From an uncultured Acidimicrobiia bacterium (GTDB lineage Bacteria; Actinomycetota; Acidimicrobiia; Spongiisociales; JAOTWH01): 64,000 bases of DNA. Position 1 is the first letter of the stretch. The number at the start of each line of letters is the position of its first letter. This document shows, piece by piece, positions 27,848 through 36,221 of this stretch. The notes beneath the pieces are model-generated. The model saw only the letters and a program-made list of their open reading frames with translations, was not told the DNA's origin and searched no databases. The stretch is taken from assembly GCA_964347285.1 (NCBI GenBank), contig CAYFYE010000001.1, forward strand, positions 20,931-84,930, read 5' to 3'. The position numbers and the translations under genes are program-made.

Positions 27848-29374
27848 GTGGCGATCCACAAGGTCCTGGGAACCGAGACCGAATTCGGTATCACGGTCCG
27901 CAACCAGCCCGATTTCAATCCGGTGATGGCTTCCAGCCTGGTCATCAACTCGTTCGCCGGCGGCAAGGCCCGCATCCAGTGGTCCCTCGAGGAGGAGTCG
28001 CCCGGTAGGGACGCTCGCGGGTTCGGCGTGGAAACGGAGCCGGCTGCCGAGATGGAAACCGGACTCGTCAACGTCGTGCTGACCAACGGTGCCCGCCTCT
28101 ACGTGGACCACGCCCATCCCGAGTACTCCACCCCCGAGTGCATCGATCCGATGCAGGCGGCCCTGTACGACAAGGCGGGGGAGCTGGTCATGGCCAAGGC
28201 GGCGGCGACAGCGCAGATGCTGCTGGAGCCCGACGAGCGGGTACTGATTCACAAGAACAACTCAGACGGTAAGGGCAACTCGTACGGCGCTCATGAGAAC
28301 TATCTGCTGGCCCGCGAACTGCCTTTCGGCGAGCTGGTCCGCTACTTCACGACCTTCCTCGTGAGCCGGCAGGTCTTCACCGGATCGGGCAAGGTGGGCG
28401 CCGAAAACGGGCGTCCCCAGGTCGACTTCCAGATCACCCAGCGGGCCGACTTCTTCGAGGAAGAGATCGGTCTGGAAACCACGCTCAAGCGGCCCATCAT
28501 CAACACCCGAGATGAACCGCACGGGGACCCCGCCAAGTACCGCCGGCTGCACGTGATCATCGGGGACGCCACGATGTCCGAGGTCCAGACGTTTCTCAAG
28601 CTCGGGTCGGCCGCGTTGATCTTGGCCGCCATCGAGGACGGCGCCGTCCCCGAGGCCCTGTCTTTGGCCGATCCGGTGGCCTCGTGCTGGCAGGTGAGCC
28701 ACGACGTGTCGCTGGCCAAACCGCTGCAGCTCGCCGATGGTGACACGGCAACTGCCCTCGAGCTTCAATGGCAGTATCTGGAATGGGCGACCAAGTACGC
28801 CCGCACCGCGGACGTCGATTCTTCGTACGAGTCGGTGCTGGTCGAGTGGGAGGGGATTCTGACCGATCTCGAGGCCGACCCCGATCGGACCTCCGACCGG
28901 CTCGATTGGACGGCGAAGCGGCAGCTGCTTCAGAAGTACCGAGAGCGGGATGGCCTGGAGTGGAACGATCCGAAGATCAGGCTGCTCGACCTCCAGTACC
29001 ACGACGTCGATCCGGCCCGGGGCCTGTATTCCAAGTTGGCCCAAGCGGGAAGACTGCGTCGGCTCTTCACGGATGAAGAGATCGAAGAAGCGGTGGCGGC
29101 GCCGCCTCCCCAAACGAGGGCATACTTCCGCGGCGAATGCGTGGGCCGATACGCCGACGCCCTGGTAGCCGCCAACTGGGATTCGCTGGTCTTCGACACC
29201 GGTGAAGACACGTTGAAGCGGGTGCCTATGATGGAGCCGCTGCGCGGGAGCCGTGATCGCGTCGAGGGCCTCCTGGACAATTGCTCCGATGCCGCCGCCC
29301 TCGTGCAAGCGCTTGGAGGTGACGATGGCCGAGCAAAGCCGGAAGCAGAGCAAACCTCGCAAGACCGAGAGTGA
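27848..29374 (+). CDS. dop: Pup deamidase/depupylase Dop
   Basis: GTG start; (V)AIHKVLGTETEFGI; PafA/Dop superfamily with Dop-specific loop; 3' end overlaps pup. Confidence 0.85.
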   Translation: MAIHKVLGTETEFGITVRNQPDFNPVMASSLVINSFAGGKARIQWSLEEESPGRDARGFGVETEPAAEMETGLVNVVLTNGARLYVDHAHPEYSTPECIDPMQAALYDKAGELVMAKAAATAQMLLEPDERVLIHKNNSDGKGNSYGAHENYLLARELPFGELVRYFTTFLVSRQVFTGSGKVGAENGRPQVDFQITQRADFFEEEIGLETTLKRPIINTRDEPHGDPAKYRRLHVIIGDATMSEVQTFLKLGSAALILAAIEDGAVPEALSLADPVASCWQVSHDVSLAKPLQLADGDTATALELQWQYLEWATKYARTADVDSSYESVLVEWEGILTDLEADPDRTSDRLDWTAKRQLLQKYRERDGLEWNDPKIRLLDLQYHDVDPARGLYSKLAQAGRLRRLFTDEEIEEAVAAPPPQTRAYFRGECVGRYADALVAANWDSLVFDTGEDTLKRVPMMEPLRGSRDRVEGLLDNCSDAAALVQALGGDDGRAKPEAEQTSQDRE

Positions 29375-29519
29375 CATCGACGAGATCGGTACGGCCACGT
29401 CGGCCGAAGCCGAAGAGCTGACCGAGCGCATCGACGATCTGCTCGAGGAGATCGATTCGGTCCTCGAGGAGAACGCCGAAGAGTTCGTGAAGAATTACGT
29501 CCAGAAGGGCGGCGAGTGA
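29325..29519 (+). CDS. pup: prokaryotic ubiquitin-like protein Pup
   Basis: 64 aa MAEQSRKQSKPRK...ERIDDLLEEIDSVLEENAEEFVKNYVQKGGE; SD GGAGGTGA; ends GGE (no deamidation needed). Confidence 0.85.
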   Translation: MAEQSRKQSKPRKTESDIDEIGTATSAEAEELTERIDDLLEEIDSVLEENAEEFVKNYVQKGGE

Positions 29520-30316
29520 GCGAAGACCTGATCCTCCCGGCGGGCGTGCCGCTGGGGCCGGTCACTCCCGCCTCGAGCTTCTCCTCCCTTCTGAAGGCAC
29601 ATGGACTCGTGCCCCACTGGGACACGGCGGGGGCCGACGATGGCATCGAGGCCGCCGAAGGGACAACGGTGCTGGCGCTGCGCTATGCCGATGGGGTGGT
29701 GATGGTCGGCGACCGCCAGGCAACGGCCGGGAACTTGGTGGCTCACCGGCGGATCCAGAAGGTCTTCTCCGCCGACACGTTCTCCGCGGTGGCCATCTCC
29801 GGCACCGCCGGTATCGCCCTCGAGCTCATCCGGCTGTTCCAGACCGAGCTGGAGCACTACGAGAAGATCGAGGGCACCCGCCTCCGCCTGGAAGGCAAGG
29901 CCAACCACCTGGCCACGATGGTGCGCGGCCAACTCCCCTTGGCGCTTCAGGGCCTGGTGGTGGTCCCGCTGTTCGGCGGTTTCGACGAAGAGGAGCAGAC
30001 GGGGCGCCTCTACAGCTTCGACGTCGTCGGGGGGCGGTACGAGGAGAAGGATCATGCCGCGGCGGGATCGGGCGGCCTCGAGGCCCAATCCCACCTCCGC
30101 GCCAACTTCGAGTCGGATCTCGCCGAGGAGGACGCGTTGCAGCTGGGCGTAGCGGCGCTGGTGGCGGCTGCTGAAGAAGACACCGCCACCGGCGGGCCCG
30201 ACCTGCGCCGGGGGATATTCCCCAACGTCGTCACGATCTCGGCCGGCGGCTACCAGGAGATCCCCGAGGATCAGGTACGAGAGATCTCGACGGCAGCCCT
30301 GGAGGCGGCTCCGTGA
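29516..30316 (+). CDS. prcB: proteasome subunit beta
   Basis: GTG start; propeptide then TTVLAL active-site Thr; overlaps pup stop. Confidence 0.9.
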   Translation: MSEDLILPAGVPLGPVTPASSFSSLLKAHGLVPHWDTAGADDGIEAAEGTTVLALRYADGVVMVGDRQATAGNLVAHRRIQKVFSADTFSAVAISGTAGIALELIRLFQTELEHYEKIEGTRLRLEGKANHLATMVRGQLPLALQGLVVVPLFGGFDEEEQTGRLYSFDVVGGRYEEKDHAAAGSGGLEAQSHLRANFESDLAEEDALQLGVAALVAAAEEDTATGGPDLRRGIFPNVVTISAGGYQEIPEDQVREISTAALEAAP

Positions 30317-30993
30317 GCCTTCCCTTCTACGTCCCGCCCGAGCAGCTCATGAAGGACCGGGCCGAGTACGCCGTCAAAGGCATAGCCCGGGGCCGCTCGA
30401 TAGTGGCGCTGGAGTACGTCGACGGCATTCTCCTGCTGGGGGAAAACACCAGCGGAGCCCTCTACAAGATCAGCGAGATCTACGATCGGGTCGCGTTCGC
30501 CGGGGTGGGGAAGTACAACGAGTTCGAAGCGCTGCGGGTGGCCGGCATCCGTCATGCCGACATCAAGGGCTACTCGTACGGCCGCAACGACGTGGCCGCC
30601 AAGAGCCTCGCCAACGCCTACTCGCAGACGCTGGGCCATATCTTCACCCAGGAGATCAAACCATACGAGGTGGAGATCCTGGTGGTCGAGGTCGCCGACG
30701 AGCCCGACGACAACCGGATCTTCCGCATCACCTACGACGGGACGCTGTTCGACGACCGCCGGTTCTCGGTGATCGGCGGTCAGACCGAGGTGCTCTCGGG
30801 TCCTCTCTCCGAGCAATACCGGGAGGGCTTGAGTTTGGCCGAGACGGTTGCGCTCGGCATCGGTGTGTTCGAGGAGGTGGAGGACCGAACCGTCCCGGCC
30901 CGGGATTGGGAGGCGGCCGCACTCGATCGGACCCTGGGCCGGCGCAAGTTCCGACGGCTGGAGACCGGGGAGATCGAGGCGGCCCGCGCCTAG
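30313..30993 (+). CDS. prcA: proteasome subunit alpha
   Basis: GTG start (V)SLPFYVPPEQLMKDRAEYA..., typical PrcA. Confidence 0.9.
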   Translation: MSLPFYVPPEQLMKDRAEYAVKGIARGRSIVALEYVDGILLLGENTSGALYKISEIYDRVAFAGVGKYNEFEALRVAGIRHADIKGYSYGRNDVAAKSLANAYSQTLGHIFTQEIKPYEVEILVVEVADEPDDNRIFRITYDGTLFDDRRFSVIGGQTEVLSGPLSEQYREGLSLAETVALGIGVFEEVEDRTVPARDWEAAALDRTLGRRKFRRLETGEIEAARA

Positions 30994-31346
30994 AAGATTC
31001 TCATCGCCCCGCGAATCACCACGGCGGCCATCAACAACAGTACGAGGAGGACTGCCACTCGGGCCCCGATCGACCACCCCTCATCCTCGCCCTCTTCTTG
31101 GCCGGCCAGGGCGATATTGACCTCCGAGTCCAACAGGACGAGTTGGGCCTCCTCCGCCCGATCGGCGGGAACCCACACCTGGGTCACCGCCATCTGGCCC
31201 ACCGTCATCGGGTAGGGGCCGAAGGCCTCACCGTGCAAGCGGGCCTCGATGCCTTCGGCTTCGAGGCGGGCCGCCAGGACCCGGGCGACCACCGGATCAC
31301 CAACCGTGGCAACGCGTACGAAGGCGCCGTTCCCCTTGGACTCCAT
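30990..31346 (-). CDS. hypothetical DUF2007-like protein with C-terminal TM anchor
   Basis: Start [37 protein letters not shown] (ATG 31346); lies antisense between prcA and pafA. Confidence 0.45.
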   Translation of the reverse strand: MESKGNGAFVRVATVGDPVVARVLAARLEAEGIEARLHGEAFGPYPMTVGQMAVTQVWVPADRAEEAQLVLLDSEVNIALAGQEEGEDEGWSIGARVAVLLVLLLMAAVVIRGAMRIF

Positions 31347-31404
31347 GAACCCATTCTGGCCCAATGTGACGCAGATCGGGCTGGCGCCGGTACCCTGGAG
31401 CGCC

Positions 31405-32760
31405 ATGGAACGCCGCATCTTCGGCATCGAGAGCGAATATGGCGTCACGTGCACGCTGCGCGGCCAACGGCGGCTCTCCCCGGACGAAGTGGCCCGCTAC
31501 CTCTTCCGACGCGTGGTGAGTTGGGGCCGCTCTTCCAACGTGTTCCTCGAGAACGGCGCCCGTCTCTATCTCGACGTCGGTAGCCATCCCGAATACGCCA
31601 CGCCGGAGTGCGACAGTCTGTACGACCTGATCGCCCACGACCGGGCCGGGGAGCGGATCCTCGAAGGCCTGGTGCAGTCGGCCGAAGAGCGACTGGAGGA
31701 GGAGGGCATCCGGGGCCAGATCTACCTGTTCAAGAACAACACCGACTCGGCCGGCAACTCGTACGGTTGCCACGAGAACTACCTGGTGGGCCGCCAAGGC
31801 AGCTTCGGGCGCATCATCGACACGCTGATTCCGTTCTTCGTCACCCGCCAGATCTTCTCCGGGGCCGGCAAGCTCCTGTACACGGCCCGGGGAACGGTGT
31901 TCTGCCTGGCCCAGCGCGCCGAGCACATCTGGGAAGGAGTGTCGTCGGCCACCACCAGGAGCCGGCCGATCATCAACACCCGCGACGAGCCGCATGCCGA
32001 CGCCGAGCGGTACCGCCGCATCCACGTGATCGCCGGTGACTCGAACATGTCGGAGTACGCCACCTACGCCAAAGTGGGCACGACGGCCGCCCTCCTCCAG
32101 ATGCTCGAGGATCAGGTGGTGTTCCGAGATCTGACCCTTGAGAATCCGATTCGGGCCATCCGGGAGATAAGCCACGACATCGGCTGCCGGCGCCGGGTGC
32201 GACTGGCCAACGGGCGCGAGCTCTCGGCCCTCGACATCCAGTGGGAGTACCTGGAGCGCACCTTGCGCTATGCCCGCAATCCCGGATTCCCCCCTCAGGT
32301 GCAGCGGGCGGTGGAGATGTGGGAGCAGCTTCTCACCGGACTCGAGAAGGATCCCCTGTCCCTGCGCCGGGAATGCGACTGGGTGGCCAAGTACCACCTG
32401 ATCGAGGAGTACCGCGCTCGCGATGATCTCTCCCTGTCGCATCCTCGCCTCGCCCTCATGGACCTCGCCTACCACGACGTCAACCGCGAGCGCGGCCTCT
32501 ATCACCTCCTCGAGCGCAAAGGCCTCGTCGATCGGGTGGTCACCGAAGCTGCGGTCGAGAAGGCCATGGTCGATCCTCCCCAAACCACCCGGGCCCGGCT
32601 TCGAGGCGACTTCATACGGGCCGCCAAGAAGCGGAAGCGGGACTTCACCGTGGACTGGGTCCACCTCAAGCTCAACGACCAGGCGCAGCGGACCGTGCTG
32701 TGTAAGGACCCTTTCAAGGCCTCGGACGAGCGGGTGGAGCGGCTCATAGCCACTCTCTGA
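31405..32760 (+). CDS. pafA: Pup--protein ligase PafA
   Basis: [15 protein letters not shown]... (ATG 31405); the upstream 52 aa of the ORF are unsupported; carboxylate-amine ligase fold. Confidence 0.9.
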   Translation: MERRIFGIESEYGVTCTLRGQRRLSPDEVARYLFRRVVSWGRSSNVFLENGARLYLDVGSHPEYATPECDSLYDLIAHDRAGERILEGLVQSAEERLEEEGIRGQIYLFKNNTDSAGNSYGCHENYLVGRQGSFGRIIDTLIPFFVTRQIFSGAGKLLYTARGTVFCLAQRAEHIWEGVSSATTRSRPIINTRDEPHADAERYRRIHVIAGDSNMSEYATYAKVGTTAALLQMLEDQVVFRDLTLENPIRAIREISHDIGCRRRVRLANGRELSALDIQWEYLERTLRYARNPGFPPQVQRAVEMWEQLLTGLEKDPLSLRRECDWVAKYHLIEEYRARDDLSLSHPRLALMDLAYHDVNRERGLYHLLERKGLVDRVVTEAAVEKAMVDPPQTTRARLRGDFIRAAKKRKRDFTVDWVHLKLNDQAQRTVLCKDPFKASDERVERLIATL

Positions 32761-32817
32761 GGACTCCGGTCGGGGTCCTTCTCGCCGAGCCCTCTCACCT
32801 TTACCCTGCCGCGTGGC

Positions 32818-33741
32818 ATGCACAAGGTCATCGAACGAATCCTCAACCTGCTCGCCTTCCTGCTCACCGCATCTCGACCGGTGACGGCCGACGAGATTCG
32901 GATGACCGTGGCCGGCTACGACCAGGACAGCGACGAGGCGTTTCGCCGCATGTTCGAACGGGACAAGGAGTTGCTCCGCCAGCTGGGGATTCCCCTCGAC
33001 TTGCGAGCAACCGACGCTTGGGAGGTGGAGTACGGATACGTGGTTCCGCCCGAGGACTACCGCCTGCGTGATCCAGGGCTGACCGACGAAGAACGGGCGG
33101 CATTGTGGCTGGCCGCTCAGGCGGTGCGGCTGGGAGGCCAGGCACCTGGACCGGGAGCCATCTTCAAGCTGGGGGGAGTGCCCCCGGCCGGGGCCGGCGA
33201 GCCGCTGGCCGCCGATCTCGGGGAATCGGTCGATGATCTCGCCACGAGCTTCGTGGCGGTCACCGAACGTCGCCATCTGAAGTTCCGCTACCGGGACAAG
33301 GAACGGTTGTTGCGGCCCTACGGCTTGGTGCATCGGCGGGGACACTGGTATCTGGCCGGAGCGGAGGAGGGTTCCTCTGAGGTGAGGGCCTACCGCCTCG
33401 ATCGGGCCGAGGCTCTCGAGCTGGGGGGCGCGCTGGGGGCGTTCGAGCGTCCCCGGGACTTCTCGGCTGCCTCCGCCGTCCCTTCCGCGCCGTGGGAAGC
33501 CGGTGCGGACGACGTGGAGGCCACCGTTCATTTTGACCCGGAGATAGCGTGGTGGGCGGAGCGACAGCTGACGAGCGCTCCCGCGACCCGCCTGGAGGAT
33601 GGAGGCCTCGAGGTCCGCATGCGGGTTGCCAACCCCGACGCCTTCGTGGGCTGGTTGCTCGGTTTCGAAGACCGGGCGGAGGTGGTGGGGCCCCCCGACC
33701 TGCGGGATCTGCTGATCGCCCGGGTGAGGGGAGGGCAATGA
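32818..33741 (+). CDS. pafB: proteasome accessory factor PafB (HTH-WYL-WCX regulator)
   Basis: N-terminal wHTH ILNLLAFLLTASRPVTADEI; WYL domain HRRGHWYLAG. Confidence 0.85.
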   Translation: MHKVIERILNLLAFLLTASRPVTADEIRMTVAGYDQDSDEAFRRMFERDKELLRQLGIPLDLRATDAWEVEYGYVVPPEDYRLRDPGLTDEERAALWLAAQAVRLGGQAPGPGAIFKLGGVPPAGAGEPLAADLGESVDDLATSFVAVTERRHLKFRYRDKERLLRPYGLVHRRGHWYLAGAEEGSSEVRAYRLDRAEALELGGALGAFERPRDFSAASAVPSAPWEAGADDVEATVHFDPEIAWWAERQLTSAPATRLEDGGLEVRMRVANPDAFVGWLLGFEDRAEVVGPPDLRDLLIARVRGGQ

Positions 33742-34676
33742 CCAGCCCCAAGACCGCCCGCCGGCTGACCCGAATCCTGTCGATGCTTCCCTGGGTCATC
33801 GCTCATCCCGGAGCGACGGTCGAAGAGGTGTGTACCCGCTTCGACTACACGAAGAGGGAGTTGGCCGAGGAGCTCAACCTCGTCTTCGTGTGCGGCCTCC
33901 CCGGCTACGGACCGGGCGATCTGATGGACGCCTACATAGACGAAGACGAAGTGGTGGTGGACACGGCCGACTACTTCTCCGCCTCGCCCCGGCTGGCGCC
34001 CGCCGAGGCTCTCACGTTGCTGGCTTCGGGAATGGCACTGCTCTCTTCGGGAATGACATCCGAAGCCCTGACCAGCGGTGTGGACAAGCTCCAGCGAGCG
34101 CTGATGCCCGAGGGGGAGGAGTCGCTGTCGGTGGAGCTGGCGGCCGAGCCGGGCCTGGTCCCCGAGCTGCGCCGGGCGGCCGCCCAGGGCCGGGTGGTCC
34201 GCCTCACCTACACCGGCTTGGCCAGTGGGGAGACGACCGAGCGTGACGTCGAACCCTGGTCGGTGTTCTCGACCCTCGGCAACTGGTACCTGTCGGCCCA
34301 CTGCCGCCTGGCCGGCGAAGAGCGCCTGTTCCGGATAGACCGCATCCGCTCCGTGGAACCGACCACACACGAATTCGTCCCCCCGGAGACGCCACCCCCG
34401 CCGATCGTCCGCTACTCCCCGGGCGAGGAGGACGTGCACGCCACGATACGTTTGGGCCCGGCGGCCGCCTGGGTGGCCGAGTACTACCCGGTGGAAGTGG
34501 TGGCGGAGGACGAGTCCACGGTCGTCCGCTTCAGTGCCTCAGAACCGGCTGTGGCGGCTCGCCTGCTGCTGCGCCTGGGATCCGACGCCGAGCTCCTGGA
34601 AGGCCGGGAAGTGGCGGAGACCCTTGCCGACATGCGGGCCAGGATCCTGGAGCGCTACCGGGCTAGTCCATCCTGA
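33738..34676 (+). CDS. pafC: proteasome accessory factor PafC
   Basis: ATGA overlap with pafB; wHTH LTRILSMLPWVIAHPGATVEEV; WYL-like SVFSTLGNWYLSAHC. Confidence 0.85.
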   Translation: MTSPKTARRLTRILSMLPWVIAHPGATVEEVCTRFDYTKRELAEELNLVFVCGLPGYGPGDLMDAYIDEDEVVVDTADYFSASPRLAPAEALTLLASGMALLSSGMTSEALTSGVDKLQRALMPEGEESLSVELAAEPGLVPELRRAAAQGRVVRLTYTGLASGETTERDVEPWSVFSTLGNWYLSAHCRLAGEERLFRIDRIRSVEPTTHEFVPPETPPPPIVRYSPGEEDVHATIRLGPAAAWVAEYYPVEVVAEDESTVVRFSASEPAVAARLLLRLGSDAELLEGREVAETLADMRARILERYRASPS

Positions 34677-34778
34677 CTACGGGGAGAAATAGTCATGGAG
34701 CCGACCACATAGCCGTTCAGTGGAATCCGGCAACGACCGAAAAGACCATAACGAACACAAGGCGGAGTGACGCTCCAG

Positions 34779-35072
34779 ATGACAACCATCAGAACAACTT
34801 GCAGCACCTGCGGCGACATCGAGCTCACCCACCAGGACCTCTGCCTGGAGTTGTCGCCGGAGTGGACCACTGGGACCTACAGCTTCCTGTGCCCCTTCTG
34901 TGACAAGGTGGAGCGCCGCCCCGCCAGCCGGCGAGTCGTGACGATCCTGCTGGCCGCCGGTGTTGCGTACGAGGTCGTCCCGGCCGTCGCCCCCATCACT
35001 GAGGAAGAGATCCAGTCTTTCGTGTCCCTGCTGGACTCAGAGGACTGGATCAAGGAGCTTTCCGCCTCCTAG
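34779..35072 (+). CDS. hypothetical zinc-ribbon protein (CxxC...CxxC)
   Basis: MTTIRTTCSTCGD...FLCPFCDKVE; SD AAGGCGGAG; sits between pafC and tatA. Confidence 0.5.
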   Translation: MTTIRTTCSTCGDIELTHQDLCLELSPEWTTGTYSFLCPFCDKVERRPASRRVVTILLAAGVAYEVVPAVAPITEEEIQSFVSLLDSEDWIKELSAS

Positions 35073-35121
35073 CGGCCCCGCCGGTCCTCCTCGTCCCGGC
35101 CTACCATGCCCGGGGTAGGCC

Positions 35122-35508
35122 ATGTTCAGCATCAGCCCCTCCGAACTCCTGACGATTGCCGTCATTGCCCTGATCATCTTCGGTCCAAAGCGCCTGCCCG
35201 ATCTGGCCCGCAAGGCCGGGCGGCTGGCCAGCTACATACGCCGGGCCGCCGAGGAGTTCCGGCGGGAGATACGGGAGGAGTTGGAGGAGTCGGCGGCTCC
35301 ATTTCGCGAGGCGGCCAGCGACCTGGCGGCGGCCGGCAAGACCCTGCAGGAAACCGTCGACGGTGAGCTGCGCTGGGTCGACAAGGCCGTATCCGAGGCC
35401 GCCGGGGCCGCCTCCGCCGGCGAGTCGGATGCGGTGGACGACCAACCGTCCCAACCCGGCCGGCACGACCAGCACGACCAACCCGGCCAACCCGAGGAGT
35501 CGGCGTGA
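35122..35508 (+). CDS. tatA: twin-arginine translocase TatA/E
   Basis: MFSISPSELLTIAVIALIIFGPKRLPDLARKAG; acidic C-terminal tail. Confidence 0.82.
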   Translation: MFSISPSELLTIAVIALIIFGPKRLPDLARKAGRLASYIRRAAEEFRREIREELEESAAPFREAASDLAAAGKTLQETVDGELRWVDKAVSEAAGAASAGESDAVDDQPSQPGRHDQHDQPGQPEESA

Positions 35509-36221
35509 CCAAGGCCGAGAACATGCCCATCCTCGGTCACCTCGAGGAACTGCGGAACCGGATCATCAAAGCGGCGGCGGCGGTGATCGTGGGATCGATC
35601 GTCGCCTTCGTCTTCCGCGAGCAGCTGTTCGACATCCTGGTGAAGCCGTGGAACGATCTGGCCACCGAACGCGACCTGGCCTTCTTCAGGCCCGGGGAGG
35701 CGTTTTCGCTGTTCATGCGCTTATCGCTGTTCGGCGGCTTCGTTCTGGCCTCGCCGGTCGTGATTTGGCAGACCTGGGCGTTCATCAGTCCGGCGCTCAA
35801 CGAGCGAGAACGTCGGTTCCTCATTCCGGGAGTCTTGATCCTCGGTGGGCTGTTCATCGCCGGTATCCTCACCGGGTACTGGGCACTTCAGCGCGGCCTG
35901 TCGTTCCTGATCGATTTCGGCGGCGACAGTCTCGTCCCCACCATCGGTGGCTCCTTCTACCTGTCGTTCGCGATGCGGTTCATTCTCGTCTTCGGCATCG
36001 CGTTCGAGTTTCCGGTGTTCCTGTTCGCCGCAGCCGCGGTCGGGGCGATCAACCGCAAGCAGCTAGCGGCCGGACGCCGCTGGGCGGTCCTGATCATCGT
36101 CGTGGTGGGAGCCGCCATCACTCCCAGTGGTGATCCGCTCACCCTGCTCCTGCTTTCGGTACCGCTCTATCTCCTCTACGAGGGGACCCTCCTGCTGATC
36201 AGGTTCGTGTTGCGCAAATGA
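35505..36221 (+). CDS. tatC: twin-arginine translocase subunit TatC
   Basis: GTG start; ILGHLEELRNRIIK; 6 TM. Confidence 0.87.
   Translation: MTKAENMPILGHLEELRNRIIKAAAAVIVGSIVAFVFREQLFDILVKPWNDLATERDLAFFRPGEAFSLFMRLSLFGGFVLASPVVIWQTWAFISPALNERERRFLIPGVLILGGLFIAGILTGYWALQRGLSFLIDFGGDSLVPTIGGSFYLSFAMRFILVFGIAFEFPVFLFAAAAVGAINRKQLAAGRRWAVLIIVVVGAAITPSGDPLTLLLLSVPLYLLYEGTLLLIRFVLRK

Noticed and set aside
26057-28252. 731-aa ORF on the minus strand
   Set aside because: Antisense to arc/mpa and the dop 5' end; no motifs
31297-33738. 813-aa ORF on the minus strand
   Set aside because: Antisense to pafA and pafB, both strongly supported; composition typical of third-position-GC mirror frames
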